In this document: piece by piece, positions 51,772-64,000 of the stretch | How the letters are laid out: every line of letters starts with the position of its first letter | How positions within the stretch are numbered: position 1 is the stretch's first letter | Assembly (NCBI RefSeq): GCF_021869535.1 | Contig: NW_026262723.1 | Span: 59,458,001-59,522,000 of the forward strand | Length of the DNA stretch: 64,000 nt | Direction of reading: 5' to 3' | Origin: Mytilus californianus | Taxonomy: Eukaryota | Program-made: the position numbers and the translations under genes | The notes under the pieces: generated by a model | What the model saw: the letters and a program-made list of their open reading frames with translations, nothing else | Told to the model about the DNA's origin: nothing | The model's database searches: none

Positions 51772-51984
51772 AGGGGATTGTGGTTTGCTTTCAAATTCTA
51801 CTTTTAGTTCTTCTAACCCTTGAGATAGACGTTTAGCTTGTATTTTAAGTTTTATTTCATCTTTCAGAATTGGGAGTAGTGACTTCGTTTCAACCGATTC
51901 CTTTGCCCGATTGAAGAGATCGGGATCATAGTTGTACGCATCGGACGGTAATCGTAGTAAATTTTCGTTTTCCTTTCCCAACAT
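51772..51984 (-). CDS. bZIP-3 coding exon 1 (169 aa total)
   Basis: tttcag|aATG; MLGKENENLLRLPSDAYNYD...LLPILKDEIKLKIQAKRLSQGLEELKVEFESKPQSP|gtaagt; 213 nt. Confidence 0.9.
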
Positions 51985-54900
51985 TCTGAAAATAAATTGA
52001 AAAAAAAAAAATTAGTCGATACTCCGAGCATATAATCTTTTTCTAACAGATTACCAAAACATTTAAAATTGCAATATGTATATATATATATATATTCTAC
52101 TGAATAGACATATAGAGGGACAATAAGAGATAGAAACAGCTGGAAAACACCAAGGAAGATGTAAAAACAATGTATAGTTAGTCAAGCGACAGTAACGTGC
52201 AAACAAACAACACTGAAAATGAAAACTTGGGATATATCATCTCTCATATCAGCCTTATATGATACCAGGTGCACCAGAATATTATCATATCTTGTTTCGC
52301 ATATAGCATGCATCCACTATTTTCATTATCAGAATCAATAATAGTTACAACCGATGGGACAAGAAAAATTGTTTAGTGAAATATGTTGTCATTCACCTTG
52401 TGATGCAATCTCTTCGAATTGAACAATAAACTCGTAATGGCGGTCACAAAACTAACTAAGTTATGACACTAACTAAGTGTGTATTAAAAATGAATTAAGT
52501 TTGCTACATATATATGAAAATAAATAAGCTGTTCCACTGCTCCATTGCTCTTTTTTAGAACGTTCAAGTTATATAAAATGTTCTTATAAACGCATGACAT
52601 GATAATTTGCATAGAACACGTGTTTCTGAAGGACAACCAACAATGTAAAATCTTTGGAGAGTTTAAAAATAAAAAGGTCTTAAAGAGAACCGCAAAACCA
52701 GTTAATTTGAAAAAAAAAACAGATAGATAAAATATAGTGTTTATATTGTTGAAGGAAAAAAATTATAGAAAATTAACTTTGAAAGGATATTTAGAACTTT
52801 TTTATTATACAGTGAATTGTGTGAAATATCATGCATATCCACCCAAATCACCTGGATATCCTTTTAAGAATGAACAATAAAAAAAAAAGGAAAATATGAT
52901 ACGTTTGCAAAAAAGAGGGGGAAACATTAAAGGGGTAATAAATATCACACGAGTGAAGTATCATATCATGGCAAAAGAGCAAAGAAAAAAGAAGTGTAGC
53001 CAATTTTATTAACTGAACATTCATCAAATACAACAGGAAAATGAAAACATTGGATATATAATTTTTGGCAGCAAAATGATAATTCAAATCGGCCCATAAT
53101 GCTTTCATTTATTCCACTTTTTCAAAAATATATATGACTATGTTTTGAGAAATAACGTTATATCGTTTATAATATTTCGTATCACCAAGAAAAATGTGTA
53201 CAAACATAGGATAGAAAAAGTAAAAATCTAAATATTTCTGAGCGGAGGGAGGCGTCTCCTGGTATGCATGCATGCATGCAGCAGCCATCGTACGATCCAT
53301 ATGTAAACATGAATGAGTAATAAAGACATAGATGAGATCACCATTAAATTTCTGGCTAGAACAAAGTAAATATGTTTTATTATAAAGGGTGGAACCACTG
53401 CTATCATTTTCACAAATATCATCCAAGGGACAAGGCAACAAAAAAGCCTTAGGTTATGATTTTTAAAATAATAAAAAAAAAAAGAAAAAAAAAAGGAACA
53501 GAATTTTTTATAATCTCTTGCATTTGAATTTATTTTCCGACGCCCATAACACTTACCTGCAATTGATGCCTACTTGCATTTGCAGTGAACAAGAATCCAA
53601 GAATTAAATGCATTAACTCTTGTCTGCGAATTATATGGGCTGCTCGCAAAACACTTTTCTCAATAACATGGATGATGCATGCTTATCCATGAGACCATTA
53701 CGAATGGCGTCTCTATCAAACCTGTGTGATCATCATAGTGGTCACTTTTATTCTAGTTTTTTTACATCTTGCGTTACCTTATCACACATATCAGTGTTCA
53801 TGGAACTATGATAATGATTTTAAAATAGTATGTACCTGTTTGAAGGCGTCCTTCCAAAATATGTCCTTGTAATAAATGAAGAACAGTTTATTAATAGAGC
53901 AGGTACTTTCTGAATTCTATTTATAACTTATTGTAAGCTGTCGATGCACAACGAGCAAATATTCTATACATTCTTTAATATTTTAGTGAGATTTCAAGAC
54001 TATTATATAAAAAATTAATGTCAGTTTTAAGTTAAATTATTACTGAAATTTAAACTGTCTGGCTGTAAAAAAGATTTTTTGTCATACCGATCATGTATTT
54101 ACAAATTTTACTTTTTAAAAAATTACCACAATTTTTTTATTTTTTACTTTGAATATATAATCATTTACTTTCCTAACCGTATGCATAAAACCATAAAATT
54201 TTAGCAGTATACTAATGAAGAAAGCAAAACTAAAATGATCGTGATGACCTAAAATAAGTTCCAAGAATTGGAACTGATAAGAAAATAGCATTCTCTTTTT
54301 AAATATAGTAAAAACTTGATGAAAAATATGCACAAATATTTTTACTCGAATATACATGTATTTTTTACAATGAAGTGGTCTTAAGAATTATGCCTTCACT
54401 TATTTTACGTAAAAAAATAGCATTTAAACATCAACGACATTATTATCATTGAATATAACCATAGATGTATGGGTTTATACATCTATGATATAACGATCGT
54501 GATAAAATCATAAATGACTGTTAGAAATGTTGTTCGTCGATATCATCATACTTCAAGATTTTGAAAAAGTAAACTGTCCGATTGTCGATTGGGTACACCA
54601 ATAACTGAATTACCCGAGTGTAATTAGTAAAATAAGTTAATAAGGTGGAAAATACTCTAGACAAACAAGGCTTCTTTATTATACCTATCTAATAGCAAGT
54701 TCAATAATCATTTCAAGAATATTGTGCCATAAAAAAAAATCCTCGATTCGTTGCTATCCTTGTATTATTTATACAAAATTAAGGGGGAAACAAGCAGTTT
54801 TACTGATATATGTACCATTTTAACTGTACATGAGTTCTTGTACCGGTGTTTTGCATGTTAGTCTACTTATCGGCAATTGATAGCGAAAGGGAAATTAGAA

Positions 54901-56260
54901 AACATTTAGTGAATTTGTCAATGGAATTGAAAATTATGTATTAATATTTTGACACTACTAATTCTAGAAATTAAAATTAAATATTATAATATTATTAGAT
55001 AAAAAAAATCATTATAAAAAAGTGAGGGGAAAGCTAGATTTTAGGAGTGTGAATTGTTACATCAAGTTTATATTTTTTAGTATGAAAGTATTATGGAACA
55101 CACAGCGGATCGAGTTCGGAAAAAAAACATTGGTTTATATAAATACCGTATTGGAATTTTTATTGCAATATTTCTAAATTAGACGGGATATAAATAGATT
55201 GCGTAAAACAATCTTAATGCATTCAAGAGAACGATAAACAGGTTTTCCCGTATTATCATGCAAATAAATTAACATTTAAAGAAAATAAAACAAAAGATAG
55301 ATTGATGTTAAGGAAATAAACAAAACATAAAAAACATTTGAATAGTGTTGTAGAATGAATGCAATTCTTTAAACAAATTTTAAAGTTTATTGTACTACGT
55401 GTACTTTACACATGCGCTACGATTTTTCTTTGCCAAAAAATGTAAAATAGTTTTTTTTTCTTTTTTACAGACACTGAATATTAAAAGTTGTCGCTCAATA
55501 CACTAAATGGAATACCTTGCCAGGCAATACTATAATTTGAATCGTATATCGGAATTAAAAAAAAAAACCTGTTAAGTAACCTAATTTTTTAGTGCATTTA
55601 AGCCCATGCAAAGAAAGAGCACTTTTAATTCAATTCTAAATTAGAAGAGTATGGGTTTTTCTCATTGTTGAGAAGGCCGTATGGTTGCCTATTATTGCTC
55701 ACATCCACTTCATATGAACTTTGGTGGATAGTTGTCTCATTGGCAATCATACAACATCTCCTTATTCTTATACATTTCTAAGTTAAACAGAAAAAAAGTA
55801 AAAAAGAAAAAAAGAACTTTTGTTAAATTCAAAACTAAAAATATGAGGTAACATTTACCGGAGTTCAAAACTCGTAAATACATTTTGAATATAAAACCCA
55901 AGAAAAAAACCTAGAGGAAGTAGCATGACTTCCAAACGGAGATGAAACGGTGTGCCAACAAGTAAGGCGTCTGTTGCTACATGTATGCATGCATCATTCT
56001 TCATGTGAATTCAGACTCAGTATTTTTTTTTACTATAGGCAACAGGACACAATAGGTAGATATCAGACAATTACTCTGGAGTCTTTTTAAAAAGATCTAT
56101 GGTCGGTAAACAAGTTTCTCGTGAACTGAGACATAGACACATTCTTTCAGTCCACCAATTCGTGTAGTTATTATTTCATTTTTTTTTATCATAAGCCGGG
56201 GTGTTTTAACGTTAGGTGCGCGCCCCTATGGCAAGCCATTTTACTATTTATTTTAACTTC

Positions 56261-56670
56261 AAGATATCTCATATAATATATAAGATATCTTATATAATCT
56301 AGTGTTTATTTATATACTTTATAAGATATCTTATAAACTTTAGAAGATATCTTATAAAGTTTAGATGATATCTTATAAAGAAAATTATATGAGATATCTT
56401 ATAAATCATATAAGATATCTTATATACTTTAAAAAGATATTTTATATACCTTATACGATATCTTATATAGTTTATAAGATATATCATATAATTTATAAGA
56501 TATCTCATATAATTTTTAAGATATCTCATATAATTTTCATTATAAGATATCTTATATACTTTATAAGATATTTGATATATTATATGAGATATCTTATATG
56601 TTTTATGAGATATCTTATATAAAAATTATTTATAAGATATCTCCTAAAGTTTATAAGATATATTATATAA
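56261..56670. repeat. Array of palindromic units (core tataagatatcttata), cluster 1
   Basis: The 16-bp core is self-complementary; about 20-bp spacing; produces ORFs 56299-56529 and 56365-56622. Confidence 0.9.
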
Positions 56671-57392
56671 ATAATTGCATTGAAAATCAAAGTCTCCCTT
56701 TAAATCAACCAATCAAAAAATATTATCAAATTAAGTGTGAACTAGTAAACTGGTTTCCTACGTTTCATTCTATAGATATTCGTGTCCATGACTCAATCTT
56801 AGCAAAACCTACTAATATTATTGCCTATAGGATATTTTATTTCTTGTCCGTATCTAGTTTCTATTATGATTTTCCGTGTATCGCTATGTATACGTTATAT
56901 GCAATTTTATATGGTCTTCAATTAAAGGTTTATTCTGTTATTGCTTTGTTAATGCATGATTTGGTGATTCATATATATAGCATGTTTCGCTTATATATAT
57001 GTACTTAAACTTATATTTATTATCTTTAACTGTTAAACCCTGATTTGACCTTTTCTCGGTAGATTGTTCGGTGGTTAATTATATACTTTTACACATCTAT
57101 TTATTTGAAAGGATTTTCCCAACGTAAATGATCTGTGGCAATCAACTGCATGGTCTTCTATGAATTTCTTTAATTTGATGATATTACACCTGGTGTTTCG
57201 GATATCATTTAGGTCAAGTTCGACCAAGGCTGTTCAACCTCGTCAGGTGTCCAGGCCTAATTCATTTTTATTTACTATAACATTTGATTATAATTACTTT
57301 TTAATTATAATCAATATGTTTCTATCGTGTAACATTTTTGGGGTTCTGATGTAGGGAGCGTTTGTTATTTAAAAATAATGGTTGAAGTCTCG

Positions 57393-57742
57393 TTTATAAG
57401 ATATCTTATAAAGTATATAAGATATCTCATATAATTTTCTTTATAAGATATCTTATGACTATATAAAGTATATAAGATATCTTATAAAGTTTATAAGATA
57501 TCTTATAAATATCTTTTATATAAGATATCTTATATACTTTGTAAGATATCTCATATAGTTTTATAAGATATCTTGTATAGTTTATAACATATCTTATATA
57601 GTTTATAAGATATCTCATATAGTTTATAAGATATCTTTAATAGTTTATAAGCCGATGATATCTTATAAAGAAAATTATATGAGATATCTTATAAATTATA
57701 TGAGATATCTTATAAACTATATAAGATATCTTATAAACTATA
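57393..57742. repeat. Array of palindromic units, cluster 2
   Basis: Same unit; shares the specific variant gatgatatcttataaagaaaattatatgagatatcttataaat with cluster 1 (56365 vs 57655). Confidence 0.9.
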
Positions 57743-58610
57743 AAACTGAAATTACTAGGTTTATATTAGACCAAAGTTTGAAGTCATCTATCTATGTTAA
57801 TTTAAAATAAAAGATAGATATGAACTGACCTTACAGTTTCGGTTGTATCCATAATATCAAGTTCACAGAGAATTATTGGACGCAAGAATAAACTGAAATG
57901 ATTGTAAATGAGATTTTTTTTAAACTAACAGTCTCCGGCTCATTCAAATGATCAAGTAAATCTTAAAAGCAACATTTTTTTAAAGTAGCAGACAAAAAAA
58001 TCTACTTTAAAAAAAGCACAGTAAATCACTTATACATGTATCACATTTACATTAGGTATGTCTACGTAAATTGGTGTTTATTGCATTTGTGTTTATTGAA
58101 TGTTAATAACTACAATTAGGAATTAAAGTTGCACTAAGACCTATAAATAAATAGTGAGATTGGCCTTTAAACTAAATTTATAAATACAAATTATGTATCT
58201 TATTTTTTTTATGGTGACCTTTCTTTTTTATTGTTTCAATTAAGCAATATACCAGTAGCATCTGCTTATTGAGAATAGTTATACCTCTCGGTTGATACGA
58301 TATTCAAGAGCTTTTGTCCCCATATCAGAATTTCCTTAAGGTTTTATAAAATTTCTTGTTTCTTTCAATGCCAATTTGTATTATATTGTCTTTGTTTTAT
58401 CTCCTGATACTTTTTTGATTTATTCTAGTTATGCACCCTAAGGGTTGACTGGTTAAATGAAAAATATATTTACCAAGATTTCTCTCATCCCCCAGTCAGA
58501 CCCTTGCTAGAGAGGAGCGTCTGCCGGAATGTATAAAAGCCCGGCCACGTCCGGTCATATAGGAGTATTTAATCCGATGCCTCGTGTAGAGAAAGTGATC
58601 ATTGCATGTT

Positions 58611-59236
58611 AAGGGCGTACGATACAGTTTTGATCCCATAATGAAAATTTGATGAAAATTTGCAAATAGGCTATTTTTTACCTGATTAAATCAAATATGT
58701 AATAAAAAATATACCTTCATGTGCTACTTTTTGATTAAAATGAGTTCGAAATTTCAGATATTTGCTCAAAATTCGGATTTGTGGTTGTATTTTTCCTTCC
58801 TACAGAAATGCATAACTTTTTTGTTTTAAAAGATAAACACAAGCTGTTTTTTGTTAAATTATTTGTAATTTCTGTTATAATATAAGCATCCTATAAATTT
58901 ATGAAATCGTTTGTTTAGAAATAACTCAAATTCATCAAATGTTCATGAATGTAGAAAAAAACGTCATTTTTTGCTGTATATTTATCAAATTTAAAAAAAA
59001 ATGCATTATTGACTTTTTCATGAAAATTGGTACAAATAATCTTCATACGTAATCAAACCGAATGTCATTTTAAAAAAGAGGGGTCCATGAACTCGTTTTC
59101 AAGTTAAATAAGTTTGAATGATAAAAATCAGTCGAAAAATACATCTTTTCCCGATATGTCACAGTTTGACGTTGCCAAAATAACATTTTACGTTAGCAAC
59201 GTCATTACCTCCCCTGTAACTGTATCGTATGCCCTT
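58611..59236. mobile_element. MITE (~625 bp) with 19-bp TIRs, possibly Kolobok-type
   Basis: aagggcgtacgatacagtt ... aactgtatcgtatgccctt; left end reads TTAA|GGG, right end reads CCC|TTCG (imperfect TTAA). Confidence 0.7.
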
Positions 59237-62200
59237 CGAGTGGTTCATAAGTAGATTGTTTAGTGATAGAAGATTTACGTCTTTATCTATCTTATATAGA
59301 TATAAGAAGGTGTGGTATGAGTGCCAATGAGACAACTCTCCATCCAAGTCACAATATATAAAAGTAAACCATTATAGGTCACAGTACGGTCTTCAACACG
59401 GAGCCTTGGCTCACACCGAACAGCAAGCTATAAAGGGCCCCAAAAATTACTAGTGTAAAACCATTCAAACGGGAAAACCAACGGTCTAATCTATATCCTC
59501 ATTTTCTGTGGCAATCTGAATTTATTTCTCGTCCTTTATCTTTGACGACTTACTTAACAGAACATACCCTTTGCAAATTAAATTGTTAATTTTTGTTTTT
59601 GCTTCGAGTATGCGTGAATTATTTGTCTCTGGACTTTTAGCAAGCAACAATTAATGTATCATTTTCAAAGGTAAATCAATTTGCGCTTTGTTTTTCTCCT
59701 TCTTTCAGACTTTGTAATACTTTTTAAATAGAAATGCTAATATTTAAGAACGAATGTGTTTAAACCCTCCACATTATTAGTATCTTAAATGAAAAAGTTA
59801 CATGTCAATTCAATCAAGATTCAAGCTGCAGTTTTCTTTTTTATAGCCAGTGCTGTGTAGCTTAAGCCAACTTAATTGAAGTAATGTTCGTTTGCATTTT
59901 TCTATACCTGCCAAAAAAAAAAAAAACTAGCTTATAAATCTGTAGCTAATAACAGCTGTACGAATATGCTCAAATTAATTTTAAAGATAATGTCTACGTG
60001 TTTAATAAATTAATATAATATTTAACACATTTACATCAAAATAACACAAAAAGGTTGATTTATAGATATTTAAAGTTCTAAATCTGTAGTTTTGAAATAT
60101 TATTTCAGCGTAAAATCATAAAACGCCATGGCTTCCTTTCACATGAAACACAGACATAAAGAAGAGAGGAAATTTAAAACCCATGAACAACAAAACAAAA
60201 TCAAATCAAATGTGTTATATTTTCCTTATTTCAACTTAATTCATTGATCTTTTTTTCTTTTCTTAATTCTTTGATAATCATTTTGATTGTTCTAACTAAA
60301 TAAAGATGGGAAGAAAAATATTCATGTGACAAAAGTTTGTCTTAGACATTACAACTAGATGCCTCCAAATTTATTGTAAAAAACTATACTGTGTTTAAAT
60401 ATTGCATTGATTAGTAAACCGTTACAGCAGAATACTTTACAATTGACGAATTATTTGAACACCCTTTCTTCATATTCATTATTTACATATATACAAATTC
60501 ATAAAAACGTACATAAACTTCGTCTGAATTTAAGCCCGACATTGTTCGATATCTATAACAAAATTTTGTTATTGGATTATGTTATTTTTAAAATATAACA
60601 CGTATTACTATTCCTTCTTGATATATTAGCCTTACATTGTTGGTTTTGTTCTACATTTGAACCAGGATATATCTGAAAATTTTCACAGGACATAACAACC
60701 TAGTAAAACTGCTAGATAACCTCTAACATAATATATACTTATACCTGGACTTCCAAATAAGGAGATAACATGATTATTTTTTCTGTTAGAAGAAATTGAT
60801 AAACATATTATGTCGAAGTACATCCTTCAACAATTAACACAAGCCAAAGGCGGATGAAAGTTCAAGAAGTTTCTAAAAATGTTAAACATATAAATATAGA
60901 CCGTGTCAGCAAATATGGGACGTTAACAACAAAACTTACTTTGAGAAAATGATACTAATTCTTACATGCGACTAGAAAATGCTAGTATTTCCCTAAGCCC
61001 TAAAATTAATGAGCGAATGAAAAGGAGATGTGAGCTATATGTTGTCAATGAGACAACAAGCCAACGAAAAAAAACCCAGCCCAGTCACCTAGAGAGCAAC
61101 ACATAGTCTTCAACAAAGACCAGCATCTATAAAATATGTCAAGATTTAAATCATCCCGCGGTATCGTTTATTGAAAGAACAATATTATAAACACATGCGA
61201 AACGGCTATGCATTGGGTCGTGGAAACATACGAAGAAGCCAATGGAACATCACAATCGTGTAGTGTAACGATTATAACTTAAATAATATTTCATATTTAA
61301 GCATTGTCTTATGAATACGATAAAACACGAGGCATTTTACCAATTCATTGGTGTGTAATGCATATCATCAAAGGGTTTAATTAACACGAGTTACATGACG
61401 GATATCACACGTGACCTGCTTACATTGTTAGTGCTGTCCTATATTAGAACCAGGATACATCTGAAAATTTTCACAGGATATATCGACCTAGTACAGTATA
61501 ACTGATTGATAACCTCTAATATATACATTTGTCTTTTCGGGGCATTTTAAAGCTTGTTATGAGGTATGGCTTTTAATCACTATTGAAGGCCGTACGGCGA
61601 CCAACATTTGACAATTTCTACGTCATTTAATCTTTGGTGGAGTGTTGTCTCATTTGGCAATCATACTGCATCTTTTTATATTCTTATTATAGAAACTTCT
61701 TGAACTTTTCATCCGGCTAGTGTTAGTTCTTGAAGGATGTTCTGTGACATAATATGATATTGATTAATTTATTCTATTATCTCCTTATTTGGATGTGCAG
61801 GTATAAGAAAAGTGTCATAATATAAGTGTAAAAAAAACAAAAAAAAAAAACAAACAAGAAAACTAACGGCCTGCTTTATTCTCAAAACAATCGACGAAAA
61901 ACAAATATGATATACAACAACAAACGACAACCACTAAATAGCAGGCTACTGCATGACTTTGGAAAAGCATAAAATTATACAGAATGTAAAACTTAGTTTT
62001 CTCGTTTTGATTTTTTTACATATTATTTTGTTCATTATATGTCAAAGAACATCCTTCAACAATTAACATTAGCCGGATGAAAAGTTCAAGAAGTTTCTAT
62101 AATAAGAATATAAAAAGATGTATGATTGCCAAATGATATGTAACACTCCATCAAAGACTATAAGGGGTTAAACGTTTCTATAAGATGAATAACATATTAA

Positions 62201-63085
62201 TGTAGACCGTTTCAATATATTAGAAACGAAAACAACACACTGACTCAGAAAATGGTAATTTCGGAGCATCTCAGTTCATCCCCGGTTTGTGGTGGGTTTG
62301 TTGTTCCATCATCAGTTTTCTGTTTAGTGTTTATTTGTAGACTGTAAAATCGCTGATGCATGCACACATATTGCTTGCAACTAATGCAACGAATAAACAG
62401 AATATAAAACTTTTTTTGTTTTTGGCTACAATTACATGATTAAAAAAAACCAATCTCACATACAGATCTTTATTGAAATGAAATAATCACATTGCACATT
62501 CATTCAAGACATACACATAGAACTGTAATGTTATATGAGGTAGAAAGACATGAGGGTTTACCTAATTTCGCCGTTTCAGAATCTAAAGGATTGTGGATAT
62601 TTTCATTGTTTGTACCCGAAATGAAAATAACGGCATGTCATTGGTTGAATTTCCATTGTTTAGAACGTCCTTAGCTAATCAAAGGCTTTGGATGTACAGT
62701 TTTGAAAATAATACCCAGAATGCATTTGATTCTGAACCGGCGAAATAATATCAGAAGATTTACATAGTATTTTTTTTTTCGTTAGAACAGACAACTGCCT
62801 GCTTTTTTTTTGCTGCTATTCGAAAAACTTATATTCTAGATAACAAAAACTATTGTTAAATTTTCGTGAATTTTAAGCTTAAAAAAACATGAACAATTTA
62901 TTTCATTTGTAAATGAATTATAAAGTTTTCAAATTTGAAAACGAGTTTAAAAGTCTTTTAATGAGAGAGCCTGCTACAGTACCAACAGACACACTCTTCT
63001 GTTCTTGATGGAATTATTCAAAACAGAGTTTATCGTTACCAGGGATGGTAGTTTATATTAATGAATGGTAGTATATTAGTGACTA

Positions 63086-63277
63086 TCATGTATTCATTAG
63101 AGGACTTCCCCGTGTAAGTTGTGCTTGTTGCAGTCTTGGGTGATTAGCTGGAATTGAAGTGCACCTCCCTCCAACTGCATGACTGTGAAGCACTTGATTG
63201 AATACTTTTGCACACAGTTTAAGCTTTTTAATATCAGAGTTTAAGGATCTTTGCTGATCTTCTAGCATTTTGCATTC
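63086..63277 (-). CDS. bZIP-4 last exon (zipper and C-terminus)
   Basis: tttttttag|ECKMLEDQQRSLNSDIKKLKLCAKVFNQVLHSHAVGGRC...NT*; with the previous exon gives heptads L-L-L-L-F-H, as in Fos/ATF3 zippers. Confidence 0.82.
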   Translation of the reverse strand, partial: ECKMLEDQQRSLNSDIKKLKLCAKVFNQVLHSHAVGGRCTSIPANHPRLQQAQLTRGSPLMNT

Positions 63278-63906
63278 CTAAAAAAAATGAGATACACACT
63301 AAGAAATCCAAAAAATTAAAAAAAATTAAAAATAAACTTATTTCTAAAAACAAATTCATATTAAAAATTTTAAACATTTACATTTGATTTATCATAAATT
63401 AACTTTTTTTGGAGTAATTTTAAGAATTATTGTCAGATCGTTGACGTATGGCCTTTATTATTTTATCAAAATTATTTACGAATTTTCTAGACTCAGCTGA
63501 ATAATGACTTGACGTACTGCGTAGACACGTGTATGTTGTTGATGACCGCATATTAATCTCTAAATGTCTAATTGTTGGGTTTTTTTTTTGTCGTTGGTTT
63601 GTCGTCTCAATAATATATATCCGACTTGTTCTCCTCCATTTAGTTATATTAAACTTATTAATTGTTTAGTTTATAAACGTACTATGTGACTCCCGAGTTT
63701 TGCACATTTTTTTTTTATTATCCAGTCGATGGACTTATAAATTGTTAAGTTCCAAAATATACAATGTGACTCCCGAGTTTTATATATTTTTTCTTAAGAA
63801 ATAATCGATACAAACATTATTTTCATTTACCATCACATTGAATTTTCTACTTTTTAAATCAATTATTGATTAGATTAATCATCAGATGAGTATAATATTC
63901 ACTTAC

Positions 63907-64000
63907 ATCTTCTAAAACTTCTACTCTACGTTTTCTTTTTACTCTTGCTTTCTCCGCGGATTCTCTGTTCCTCTGTTTTCTGTTTTCCATTTTTGTTTTT
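63907..64000 (-). CDS. bZIP-4 basic-region exon (partial, cut by the window end)
   Basis: ..KTKMENRKQRNRESAEKARVKRKRRVEVLED|gtaagt; phase 0 into 63277. Confidence 0.85.

Noticed and set aside
53109-53441. 110-aa ORF, and the other 60-110-aa ORFs not listed as features
   Set aside because: No recognisable domain or consistent splice signals; they are low-complexity, antisense to real exons or inside repeats.
56299-57618. IRYLI/YKISY repeat ORFs
   Set aside because: Translations of the palindromic AT-rich arrays.

Overview
AT-rich eukaryotic genomic DNA with spliced genes and one assembly gap (N at 22869-23036). The repeat families and B-box protein style suggest a bivalve, probably Mytilus (inference). 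All genes I can support are on the minus strand. (1) A tandem family of four bZIP transcription-factor genes of ATF3/Fos-like type. Three are complete with identical coding-exon geometry (213 nt + 108 nt + ~190 nt, phase 0/0); the fourth runs off the window end. I rebuilt the basic-region exons by hand because they are below the ORF-track cutoff. (2) Between bZIP-1 and bZIP-2 lie two paralogous two-exon genes. In each, a RING-less B-box1/B-box2/coiled-coil (TRIM-like) exon splices in phase to a PDZ exon, an architecture outside the TRIM C-terminal classes I know. Non-coding highlights: a 7.2 kb foldback structure made of two inverted left ends of an IS3EU-like transposon with a near-perfect 6-bp TSD; several type-I hammerhead ribozyme motifs from three repeat families, one with an intact core in the sense strand of a B-box-PDZ intron; an orphan duplicate of the bZIP-2 leader exon and intron 1; arrays of 16-bp palindromes; and Penelope, LINE, SINE and MITE fragments. 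All alignments and translations were done by eye and need computational confirmation.
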